Positions 41,056-51,613 of a stretch of 55,136 bases of DNA are shown here, one piece after another. A model generated the notes under the pieces. It was given only the letters and a program-made list of their open reading frames with translations. It ran no database searches and had not been told where the DNA came from. A program made the position numbers and the translations under genes. Position 1 is the stretch's first letter. Every line of letters starts with the position of its first letter. Source of the DNA: Dictyostelium purpureum (Eukaryota); the NCBI RefSeq assembly GCF_000190715.1, contig NW_003519547.1:1-55136 (forward strand), given 5' to 3'.

Positions 41056-42994
41056 CGAACAAACAGATTTAAAATTATATTTACCTTCAGTTGACTTGGT
41101 CCCAAAACTATTAGAAAATGGATATATAACAAAACTATCATCGATGAGTACCATCGAGTATCACAGTGATGAAGATTCTAATATACCGATGACAACAGAT
41201 GGGGCACCTATTAATATAGATCAAGAAGATTTGGAGCATGCATGCAAAGATGCTTTATTGTTTAAAAAGTATATTAGGGATTCAAAGAATTTAATAAATA
41301 AACAAATTGAAAAATTAGAAAAATATGAGGATAGGTTCCAAACACCTCCTACATCACTAGAATCATCCCCAACACCCGCACCAATAAAAGCAATTGTACA
41401 AAGAAACAAATATAAACCAAAAGTTAGAAAGCAAACTACAAAATCAAATATAACATCATCCAGAATCAATATTGACAATGATTTTCAAGATGTTGAAGGT
41501 AACAGTGTCATAGATGCACCAAAAAGTTCAGAATATGAAAGTGCATCCGAGATTCAAACTCAACATAGTATTACCGATGACAACGATGACAATGATGACA
41601 ATGATGAAAAAGATGATGAAGATGATGATAATGATGATGATGACGATGATAATAATACATCCTCAGCAACACAACAACCACAGCAGCCACAAAATAAAAT
41701 AAATAATAGTAGTAGTAGTAATAATAATAGCAGTAACAATTTGAACCCAACTCCTAATAAAACAATTGGTGGAAAAACAGCATCAAAGGGTAATGGTGGT
41801 AAAGTAAATAAAAATGTTAATACCAATAGACCTACAGGTAAAGTGAATGAAAGTGATGAGGATGTAGATATTGTCGAAGTTGATGATCATCAACCAGCAA
41901 ATGTAAATAGACTAGGTACCGGTAAAAACCATAGAAACAGCACTATGGATGTAGATATGTTTCAGGATACAGATGAGCAACCAAGTGAAACAGAGTCAGT
42001 TCATTCGAATAAATCTCATCAAACCAACAATTCAAAATCAACATCAAAGAATAGAAAAGGTGTTTCAAAGAATAACAGTAAAAAGAAGGGCGAAGATAAA
42101 AAGAGAAAAAAGCAAGAGGAGGAAGCCAGACATCACTATGTTGGACCAGGTGTTTTTTGGGCATCAATGGAGAGTTATCTTAGACCAATTAAAGATTCAG
42201 ATATCGAATTTATAACGCCAAGATCGGAGGAGCAAGATGCAAAGTTTTTTGAAATTCCACAATTGGGTACTCACTATTCCGAGGCATGGCAATTAGAGGA
42301 TTTGGAAAGACTTCAACCCTCGGGTAGTGGTGGCAAACATCGTCAAAATATAAGAAATAATAGATCAGCTATAGATCAAACTCAGGATGATATATTTGGT
42401 AATTCATTACCATCGCTATCATTTGGTGATCCAAAAGAATCAGATCAGCTTTCAATATCAACCGACGAAATTATTTTAGGTGATCTCTCGATGAGATTAT
42501 TATCAACACTTATTGATGAAAGTATGTTGATATCAACACCATTGAATCAAACACAGCAACAACAGCAACAGCAGCAACAACAACAAGGTTCAGGACCTGC
42601 AATAAGATTAAATCAACAAATATTTACCTCATATACACCAAACAGCCAATTGACCCTTGAGCAACGTATTCAACAAGAGTTAAGAAGCTTAAATTTATAT
42701 GACGATTATAAACTACCAACCTCAGTTAACCAATTAATACCTACAAAAGAAAAAGAAAGAGATAGAGAAGATGACGAAATTTGTGAGGAGTTAAGAATTT
42801 TACAAAACTCACTTCGTGCTCAATTGGCCATCAACAATGATCTTAGATTAAAGGCTCTCAAAGAAATTAAATCTATTTTAGTAAAACAAGACATTTTAAA
42901 GAGGAAAATATCAAGCCATGCAGTTTCAGAAAAGAATTATCAAAAATTAATGAAAAGAGATAAAAAAAAGAAAAAGTTAAAAATCATTTCTTAA
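41056..42994 (+). CDS. AT-hook protein, exon 2 (645 codons; total ~687 aa): acidic D/N-rich region, basic K/S-rich region, conserved-looking middle segment, poly-Q, C-terminal coiled coil
   Basis: Intron 40981-41055 (75 nt, ...ACTATAG); (N)EQTDLKLYLPSVDLVPKLLENGYITKLSS... in frame with track ORF 41096..42994; ...RHHYVGPGVFWASMESYLRPIKDSDIEFITPRSEEQDAKFFEIPQLGTHYSEAWQLEDLERLQ...; ends ...LKALKEIKSILVKQDILKRKISSHAVSEKNYQKLMKRDKKKKKLKIIS*. Confidence 0.6.
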
Positions 42995-43342
42995 TCATTT
43001 TATCTTTTTTTTTTTTTAATTTCACCTTTTTTTTTTTTTTTTTTTTAAAAGTAGTACTTGGTTTAAAATCAATAAAAAAATTAAATTAACACCAAAAACC
43101 ATTTATTTTTATTTGTGTGGTGATCGAGCAATTTTTTATTTTTTTCTTAATTTTATTTGGTAAAAAAAAAAGAATTTGGGTCAAAAAAATCTTTTTTTTT
43201 ATTAAATTTTTTATTATTTTCTTTCTTTCTTTTTTTTTTATCAAATTTTATTAATTTATACAAGCACAAAACAGTATAAATTATTTTTCAAAAAATTACT
43301 TTCATTAAATATAAAAATAAATACAAAGATTAATATAAAACA

Positions 43343-43488
43343 ATGGAAGAAGAAAACCAAGTTGTTGTTGAAGAAAACAATAGATTAGGCAAAGATTTTA
43401 AAAGTGCTATTATTATAGGGGTTCCGGAGGATTTAAATGATCAAATTCAAGAGTTTAGAAAGAAGTATGATAAGTCATTTGTTAGATG
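43343..43488 (+). CDS. 2H-phosphoesterase-superfamily (LigT/AKAP7-like) protein, exon 1 of 4
   Basis: ATG at 43343; MEEENQVVVEENNRLGKDFKSAIIIGVPEDLNDQIQEFRKKYDKSFVR; donor TG|GTAATT at 43489. Confidence 0.55.
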
Positions 43489-43564
43489 GTAATTATAAAA
43501 CATTATTTATTTTTTTAAAATAAATTACTAAATAATTAATTTTTACTTATTATTTTTATCAAAG

Positions 43565-43582
43565 GATGCCTCACATTAATCT
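43565..43582 (+). CDS. 2H-phosphoesterase-like, exon 2: 18-nt micro-exon encoding (W)MPHINL, the candidate first H-x-[T/S]-x motif (N in place of T/S)
   Basis: A GC-normal island (ggatgcctcacattaatctg) inside an otherwise ~95% AT intron; flanked by CAAAG| acceptor and |GTAATT donor. Joining exon 1 directly to exon 3 would create TGA, so this exon is needed for phase. Confidence 0.35.
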
Positions 43583-43644
43583 GTAATTTTCTTAACCAAA
43601 ATTATATAAAAAAAAATTATTTATTAATATTTATTTTATAATAG

Positions 43645-43927
43645 AATCTTTCCATTTGTTAAAATTCATGACTTCTCTTCAGTCTACGAAGAGTTACGTA
43701 GGGAAATGCTAGAGTTTAAAACATTTAAATTACAATTCAACGAACTTTCATACTTTCAACATGGAAACAGTTGTGTTGTTTGGCTAAAACCATCAACCCC
43801 AGAGTGTGAAAATATCATTAATAAAATTCAAAATAAACTTCAAGAGTTATTACCAGGTTTTGATGAATTAAGCAAAAAATCAGATAAAGGTTTCCAACCT
43901 CATTTAACAATAGGACAATTTTCATCA
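43645..43927 (+). CDS. 2H-phosphoesterase-like, exon 3 (contains second H-x-T-x motif PHLTIGQF)
   Basis: Acceptor TTTATAATAG at 43644; (L)IFPFVKIHDFSSVYEELRREMLEFKTFKLQFNELSYFQHGNSCVVWLKPSTPECENIINKIQNKLQELLPGFDELSKKSDKGFQPHLTIGQFSS; donor GTAAGT at 43928; overlaps track ORF 43706..43948. Confidence 0.55.
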
Positions 43928-44092
43928 GTAAGTGTTATAATATTTTAAAATAAACCAATAATCATTAATAGCCAAATAGTAAAATAATTACAATAATTAA
44001 ACTTAATAATAACTTAATACATTAAAATTAAAATTAATTTTTTTTTTTTTATTTCTAACTTTTTTTTATTTTTTTTTTTTTTAAAAAAATAG

Positions 44093-44236
44093 AAAGGAAT
44101 AGAACAAAAAATCCAAAGCTTACAAAAAGAATTTAAACCAATCGAGTTTGATGTTAATGAAATCTATATGATCCATCGTCGTGGCGATGTTCCATTCGAA
44201 ATCGAAAATGTATTAAAATTAAAATCTAGGGATTAG
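44093..44236 (+). CDS. 2H-phosphoesterase-like, exon 4; total ~196 aa
   Basis: Intron 43928-44092 (165 nt, poly-T rich, ...AAATAG); KGIEQKIQSLQKEFKPIEFDVNEIYMIHRRGDVPFEIENVLKLKSRD*; TAG at 44234. Confidence 0.5.
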   Translation, partial: KGIEQKIQSLQKEFKPIEFDVNEIYMIHRRGDVPFEIENVLKLKSRD

Positions 44237-45614
44237 ATGTTTTAAAATTTGTGTATAATAATTTAAAGATAGTGTGGGTTTTCTGTCGCTTCAAAAAGTT
44301 TATTTTTATACATATACTTGTTTCAATATAATATATTTCAAACAAATTAAATTTAAATGTATTCCTAATAAATAAATAGTTTTTTATTTTTATGTTAGAG
44401 TTGATAGATTTGCTTTTTCGGTTTCTTCTTCAAAATTTCGATAATTTCTTTTTATATATATCCCAATTTGCATTTTTTATCTAAAACTTTAAATCTAGGC
44501 ATTAATTCATTTGAATTTTGTGGAAATGTAGCTTTCGAAGCTATGATTTAATAGTGTTTATAATCTACAATTTTAGGTTGTTTCCCTTTTTATTCCCCAA
44601 TATTATTATTATAACATATTATGGTATTTGATAATATAAAAGTACATCTATTTAATCTGAATTTTTTGATGTTCCTTTTATATTCAATTTTAACTCATTA
44701 CAAAATTTTTGTAAATTGTTTGCCTTTAATTTTTATAATGAATTCCATTCGATTTCAACTGAAATTTCTTCATTTATTTTGTATTTATTGAACAGTTAAA
44801 AAAATTATTATAATAAATTATTAATTAATATTAAATAATTAATTATAATAATAATGTCTTTAAGTTTTTATCAGTTTTTACTTGTAAAAAATAATATCGA
44901 AGAAATTAATTGGTTCTATTTTTACTAAATTTAAAAAAAATATTAAAAAAAAAACAAAAAATCATAATAATAATTGAAGAAAAAAATTAATTTTAAAATA
45001 TTAAAAAATTAATATAAATTTTTTAATTTTTTTTAATTTTTTGGTGTGTTAACTCCTTTTCTCCCAAAAAAAGATTAATTTAATTTGGCAAAAATACAAA
45101 AAAAAAAAAAAAACTTAAAAAAATATGGGTGGTTAATTTAAACCTTTCAATTTTTTTTTTTTTTGTTCGACGAAAATAAAATAATAATAATAGAAGAAAA
45201 AATTTAATAATAATTAAAACCTCTTTAATCCCCCGAAAAATGATTAAATTTAACTTTTGATAACAAAAAAAAAAATTTGGTGCATGTGGTTAATTCAAAC
45301 CTTTCAAAATTTTTTTTTGAATGTTAACCTCTTACATAATAAGGGAGTGATTTTTTAATTTTGGATATTAACCAATTACAAATTATGAAGTGATTTTCAA
45401 ACTTTCCAAATTATTTAATTTTTATTTTTATATTTATTTTTTTTTATAAAATCTTTTAAAAAAAAAAATATTTAAATCAAAATTTTTTTTTTAATAATTA
45501 TTATTTTAATATCATTTATATTTATTTATCATCCTTATAAATAAATAGTTATTATACATTTTTTATTTCTTAGCTATCTAGTTATTTCAAATCTTCAAAA
45601 AAACCAAATTCAAA

Positions 45615-45867
45615 ATGTCAATCCCACCAGGTAGTGTTGCATGTTTATTCAATTCTTTATTAAACTTACGTACTTCAACTGACCATAATGCTGATCATGG
45701 TGCTAAAAACTCTATGTTAAACTTTACCAACTCAAAAGAAGCAAATAGATTTGATGGATCTGAATCATGGTCTGCTTCAATCAATGATGATAAACAATAC
45801 ATCATGGCAGGAAGTCTAGTAGTAAGCGAATTTGTTGCTATTGCAACTCAAGGTCGTGGTGATTTTG
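45615..45867 (+). CDS. Discoidin-family lectin (discoidin II-like: discoidin/F5-8C domain + H-type lectin domain), exon 1 of 3
   Basis: ATG at 45615 (track). MSIPPGSVACLFNSLLNLRTSTDHNADHGAKNSMLNFTNSKEANRFDGSESWSASINDDKQYIMAGSLVVSEFVAIATQGRGDF aligns with the discoidin N-terminus (…CL.N.LLNLR.ST.YN..H...NS.LNF.N.....DGSE.W..S......Q.I.AG........A...QGRGD); donor G|GTATGT at 45868. Confidence 0.85.
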
Positions 45868-45941
45868 GTATGTATAGTTTTTTATAATTATTTATTTATA
45901 AATGTAAAATATTATTAACATTTAAACTATTTAAAATTAAG

Positions 45942-46131
45942 ATCAATGGGTTACTTCATATAAAATTAGATACTCATATGACAATGTTCAATGGTTTGAC
46001 TATAACAATGGCCAAATTTTCAAAGGAAATACTGATAGAAACACTGTTGTAACTCATGTCTTCCCACAACCACTTCGTGCTAGATCAATTGCCCTCCATC
46101 CAGTTACATTCAATGCCCACATTTCACTTCG
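45942..46131 (+). CDS. Discoidin-like lectin, exon 2
   Basis: Intron 45868-45941 (74 nt); (D)[62 protein letters not shown] ([10 protein letters not shown] and RARSIA.HP..[WY]N.HISLR are near-invariant discoidin strings); donor CG|GTAAAT at 46132. Confidence 0.85.
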
Positions 46132-46206
46132 GTAAATAATTAAAAAAACAAAATTTAAAGTTAAATTTTAAAAAAACTAACTATATTTATTATTTTTTGC
46201 AAATAG

Positions 46207-46522
46207 TTGGGAACTTTATGCCAAATCACCAGAAAGTAACTTTGTACAAGTTGGTACCGTTTCAATTGGTGATAGAACTCTTAATTCCGGTAATGGACCC
46301 CGTGAAGCTGTTCGTCATGTTGATTTCGATAGACCATTCGGCAAAGTACCAAAAGTTGCTCTCGGAACCACCCATGTCGATGGTACAACTGATAATAATC
46401 AATTGAGATATCGTGTCGATGTTGTCAATGTCACAGCAACAGGCTTTGATGTTAAATTTTCTACATGGGTTAATAACATAATTTATGATATCACTGTTGA
46501 CTATGTTGCAGTTGAACATTAA
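46207..46522 (+). CDS. Discoidin-like lectin, exon 3 (H-type lectin domain); total ~252 aa
   Basis: Intron 46132-46206 (75 nt, ...AAATAG); (R)WELYAKSPESNFVQVGTVSIGDRTLNSGNGPREAVRHVDFDRPFGKVPKVALGTTHVDGTTDNNQLRYRVDVVNVTATGFDVKFSTWVNNIIYDITVDYVAVEH*. Confidence 0.85.
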
Positions 46523-47817
46523 TTATAAAGTTATAAAGTCCAAATCAAAATTATTTCAAATAAACATTTTATTTAACAATAATAAAAACTTTATGTTAAA
46601 AATAAGTTACAAAAAATATATTTTAAAAAATTATTATTTTATTTTATTATTCTGAGAAAATTGTTTCACGATAGTAATATTTAGGTATTTTCTTTTTTGA
46701 TAATTCATTTAAAGTGAAACCATTGTCATTGGAACTATTTATAAAACAACTCTTTTTATTTTTATTTTCCTTATTTAATTGTAATATATTTGAGACAAGA
46801 GATTCTAAAATAAAATTATTAAAATAAGTAAAATAATAATTGAGATCTTCTAAATTGTATTATAAACTTACTAAAGATCATTTTTAAGGTTTATTAAGAG
46901 TATACAACTGGGTTTGTTTTTATCAATATTTAAAAAAAAAAAAAATCAACTTAAATAGTTTTTTTTTTTATTGTATGCTCTATTATTATAAAAAAATAAT
47001 TGTTTAGTAATATTTATTTTTTAAAAAAAAAGTTAAAATACTTTTTTAAAATATATGTATCCTTATATGGAAGCATCCAATTGATTTCTAAAACAATCAC
47101 CTCTCCCTTTATGAATTTCGTTTAAATTATTATTTTGTTTTTTTCAGTTACAAAAACCAATTTGGTTAAAAAAAAATTAAATACTATAGCAGTATGTATT
47201 ATACACATAAAAATAATTGTACCCCCATCAAATTAAAAAAAAAAAAAAAATAATTATACCCATAAACACACAAAAAAACACACAAAACTAAAATACTAAA
47301 AATAATTATAATAAAAAATATTTTGATATTAATTAGTTACTTATCTCATTATTATAATAATTATCTTTACTTATCAATCAAAAAAAAAAAAAAAAAACAA
47401 TGATATGATGACATTTAAAAATAAAAATATTACCCTCCTTAATATTGGCATGTGGGTTTTTCCATTTTTTTCTTTTGATATATTTAAAAATATTTTTTTT
47501 GTTAAATAATTTTACAATAATTTTTTTCCTTTTTGGTTTTTTAAAAAAATCAATGATTTATTAAAAAACACATTTTGTTGGTTTTAAATAAAAACAATAT
47601 AATGACGATACATTATTTTATAAATGAAGTAATTTGTAGAAATACTATTAGCAGGAAGGTGGGTGGTTGTAGCACTATTTGGTAGTAATAATTTTATTTG
47701 TTTTTTTATAAACAACTATTTATTATTATTTATTATTTATTATTGTTATATAATATTATTATTTATTATTTATTAATTATTATTTATGATTGTTATTGAC
47801 TCTTTAAATTGTTATTA

Positions 47818-48121
47818 TTATTCATTCTTTAACTTTGGTATTCTCTTGAATATACGATAGAAAGAGAGTAAAATTAAAAAAACTACATAAAAACAACTAA
47901 AATACACCATATAGCCTCTTTCTGGTCTAAACAACTCTGCCTTTTCAATATTTGGGTTTAACTCTATATTTGGTAAAGCGGGTTGTCCACCACTGTTAGC
48001 TGATATCCATTTAGTAATTGAATTATAATCCTTTGATCCTTTGTATTTTATCAAAGTGTCATTTAGATGAATGAAAAGAGTTGGAGTGGTTCTTGTATGA
48101 AAATGAGATTTTAAGAAAATT
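47818..48121 (-). CDS. TXNDC15-like, exon 3 (rest of Trx-like fold + C-terminal TM); total ~338 aa
   Basis: Intron 48122-48254 (133 nt, ...TTATTTAG); (A)IFLKSHFHTRTTPTLFIHLNDTLIKYKGSKDYNSITKWISANSGGQPALPNIELNPNIEKAELFRPERGYMVYFSCFYVVFLILLSFYRIFKRIPKLKNE*; in frame with track ORF 47818..48054. Confidence 0.55.
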
Positions 48122-48254
48122 CTAAATAAAATTATTAATTTATTATTAAATTTATGGTTAGTATAAAAAATTAAACTTGGTTATAAAATCAAATTTTTTA
48201 AAAAACAAAGATAAACACAAAATTATTAATATAATTAATATTTTAATCACCTAC

Positions 48255-48358
48255 GCATAACCCTGTGCTTGATAAAATGTTATGTTTGGGAATGTTCTAG
48301 ATAAGGTTTCTATTATTGGTAATAATCTTTGGCTGAATGGACATGACGTATGGTATAA
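48255..48358 (-). CDS. TXNDC15-like, exon 2 (contains SCPFS CxxS motif)
   Basis: After a 350-nt intron (48359-48708, acceptor AATCCTTAG): LYHTSCPFSQRLLPIIETLSRTFPNITFYQAQGYA; split codon GC| and donor GTAGGT at 48254. Confidence 0.5.
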
Positions 48359-48708
48359 CTAAGGATTATTAATAAATAAAAGTTTAAAACCAAAAATAAA
48401 AAAAAAAAAAAGACATTTGAAAATAAAAAAAAAAAAAAATATATTAGATAATCTTTTTATTTGATTTTATAAATTTTATCTTTATTTTTTAAAAAAAAAA
48501 AAATAAAAAAATTATTATTTTATTTGTTAAATTTATTTATAAAAATAAAATTTGATTATTTTTTGTAATTTTGTTTATGTTATCGTTTTTTTAATCACAC
48601 CATGTGGTGTGATTAATACAACCGATCATTATAACAAGTAGCAAGGACAATAAAATAATATTTTATAATAAATGGTACAAAAAATAAATAAAATAAATAA
48701 ATACTTAC

Positions 48709-49317
48709 AAACAATAAATATGTATTGGTTTGATTTATAACCTCTTCTAAATTATTTTCATTTTTAATTTCTTCACCCTTTTCATCAACTATAACTATTT
48801 TTTCTTTATTTTTTGTTTCTTCTGTATTTAAATTACTATTATTATTATTATTATCTTTGTTTTCTTTATTACTATTATTTTTTTTATTATCTTTATTACT
48901 ATTTTTATTCTTCTCTTCTTTGTTTTGATTAACAACGTCATATGTTTTATTTTTTAAAAGGCTATATAAATACTCGCTTGAAACTTCGTAATAATTTGGT
49001 GAAAATGCTACTTTTGTTTGATTTAGTTTATTAAGATCCAATGTATTGGGATTAATGATATTTGGGTCGAATTTTGAAGATGCCTCTACTTCGACAAACT
49101 TTATAAAATAATCGCTGGTTAAAAGGAAAACTATTAAAAATATTGCTACATATCGAAGAGTTGTTATAAGTGGGTGTCTTTTTTTCTTTAATACTATTGG
49201 TTTTTCTTCTATTATTTTATTATTATTAGTATCATTATTGTTTTTATTATTATCGTCTATTTCTTTTTTATTTCTTTTTTTTATTATATTGTGGTTATCA
49301 ATATCGGACTCTATCAT
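48709..49317 (-). CDS. Thioredoxin-fold transmembrane protein with CxxS motif (TXNDC15-like), exon 1 of 3
   Basis: ATG at 49317-49315; basic/N-rich N-terminus, TM LRYVAIFLIVFLLTSDYFIKFV, N/K-rich linker, ...IVIVDEKGEEIKNENNLEEVINQTNTYLLF; donor TTT|GTAAGT at 48708. Confidence 0.55.
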
Positions 49318-50204
49318 CTTTTATTTAACATTTATGGATTCTTTTATTATAATTATTATTTTAGAATTATTAATCATAAAAAAATAAATAAAAAATAAAA
49401 AAAAAAAAAATTTAAAAAAATTTAAAAATTAAAAAAAAAAATATTTTTATATTTCAAAAAAATATTAATTGTTTTTACTCATTTAAGAAAACACATTCTG
49501 CATTTTGATAATTACATTTGTTTAATTTTAAAAGATAACCACAAAAATATAAAAAAAACAAAACAAAAACAAAAGCAAAAACAAAAACAAAAAAGTAATT
49601 ATATCAGAATCAAAAAGAAATCGATGATCATTTTTTTTTTTTTTTTTTTTTTGTAATTTTAATAATGTCAAATAATTTTTGTTTATTGTTTTTTTTTATT
49701 TATATTGAAACAAAAAAACTTTTTCTAAAAGCAGTTGCATATTATTTGTTTTTAATTTTTAATTTTTTTTATTTATTTAAATTTTATTTTTTTAATTTTT
49801 ATTTTTATTTTTTTTACCCCATTTTTTAAATTTATATTTTTTTTTATTTTTTAATTTTTAAATATTAATTTATACTTATTATTATTATTTGTTAAGTCAG
49901 AAATGTTTGTATATTTGTATATATAATTTGGAATTTTATTTTTTATAAAAATATAAAACGAAACAAAAAAAATATAAAAAATATTCAAAAAAAAAAATAA
50001 AATTAAAAACAAACTGCTCATCCTCGATCCCAATTAATTTTATTTTTTTTTTTTATTTTTTATTTTTTATTTTTTAAAAAATTATCATTCATTCCACAAA
50101 TTTATAATATTTCTAATATCATATTTTTATTTTTTAAAGAAATAGATAAATAAATAATAATTTTATTGAAAGAAAAAAAAAAAAAAAACTCAAAAGATAA
50201 TATT

Positions 50205-50970
50205 ATGGTTAATAAAAGAATCGATAACAATAATATCAAAAATGATATGAAAGATCCATTAATTATTTCATCAACAACAGGACCCGATGAAGCACATTAT
50301 TCATTAAAGAATAGAAAGAATGAAGTTATTGGCAAAACCAACTCTCCACCATCATCACCAAAGAATATTATTCCACCAACTAAACAAACCAAAAAACAAT
50401 TAAGTCAAAAAACAAACTCCAAAACCACAGCCACCAAAAAAGAATCGATTGGATTTTTATCAGCCCGTTTCAATAATAACAAAACATTTATAAATTGTGT
50501 TGGTGTATTTATGTTTGTTTATTATTTGTCAATGATGTATGTCCGTTATCAACATAGAGGTATTATTGGTTTTGCAGATACCCTTTGGTTGTGTAATTTA
50601 GCTGTGGTTTGTGGTATCCTTTCAATTTTTTTCAATAGACCTTATCTTATGGGTCTTGCCGTTAATTCTACATTTATCGTCCATTTAATGTGGGTCATCG
50701 ATGTAGTTGTTTATTTTACATCAGGTTCATTCCCATTAGGTAATGCTGAATATATCTCATGGCCAAATATTACTTGGGGTGAAATTATTACTACTACTCA
50801 TCATGCTTGGTTCATTCCATTATCAATGTGTTGTCTCCATAGAAACGGTGGTTATCCAAAGAAATCTTGGATCGGGGCTATGTTATTAATCATTCCAGTT
50901 ACTTATTTATCTCAATTATTCCCAAAAACCATTCAAATATCTGAAACAGAAACTTTTTATTTAAATATTA
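50205..50970 (+). CDS. Multi-pass membrane protein of unknown function, exon 1 of 2 (ATG at 50205; the track start 50166 is a TTG)
   Basis: MVNKRIDNNNIKNDMKDPLIISSTTGPDEAHYSLKNRKNE... then at least 5 hydrophobic helices (FINCVGVFMFVYYLSMMYV, LWLCNLAVVCGILSIFF, LMGLAVNSTFIVHLMWVIDVVVYF, WFIPLSMCCLH, IGAMLLIIPVTYLSQLF); donor ATT A|GTAGGT at 50971. Confidence 0.6.
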
Positions 50971-51050
50971 GTAGGTTTAGTTTATAAAAGATTTATATTA
51001 TATTTTTCAATTTTAAATTCTAACATTTATCTTTTTTAATCACTATTTAG

Positions 51051-51217
51051 ATATGTCATTAGAGTTTTGGAAAGATATGTCAGGTTACCCATTCAATTTA
51101 ATCCCAACCGAAAGAACACAATATTATCAATTTTTATTCGTAATGGCCTGTGTCATGTTTACAGTTTCACATAATATTATGAAATTTATTGGCTTTATTT
51201 CAATTAAAAAGCAATAA
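51051..51217 (+). CDS. Multi-pass membrane protein, exon 2; total ~310 aa
   Basis: Intron 50971-51050 (80 nt, ...CTATTTAG); (N)MSLEFWKDMSGYPFNLIPTERTQYYQFLFVMACVMFTVSHNIMKFIGFISIKKQ*; TAA at 51215. Confidence 0.55.
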
Positions 51218-51613
51218 GCACTGTTAAATAAATATATAAAATAGAAAAAAAAAAATAGATAGAAAGAGGAGATAGGTATTAAGAAATAGGGTGTGTTTGC
51301 AAATCATTTTATAATTAATTTAAAGTGAATAAGATATAAATACGATTTCATTTTTTTAAATGTATTTTAAAAAAAAACAAAAAAAACAAAAACAAATAAA
51401 AATAAAAATATGTAGTTTTATAAAAAAAGAAAAAGAAAAGAAAAAAGAAAAGATGTATTGTTTATTAAAAGTACAATAATATACTATTTATATTTTTTAT
51501 TTTTTTTAAAGTACAATTTTTTTTTATTTATTAGATAATAATTAATAATAATTATTTTCTTTTATTAATATATAAAAAAAAAAAATTTATATAATTATTT
51601 ATAACATTATCTT

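Noticed and set aside
41221-42215. ORFs 41221..41478, 41514..41702, 41560..41826, 41943..42167, 41973..42215
   Set aside because: Off-frame and antisense readings of the GAT/GAC/AAT acidic repeat region within the AT-hook protein CDS.
46197-46519. ORFs 46197..46406 (+) and 46262..46519 (-)
   Set aside because: Wrong-frame and antisense overlaps of discoidin exon 3; the in-frame reading gives the H-type lectin domain.
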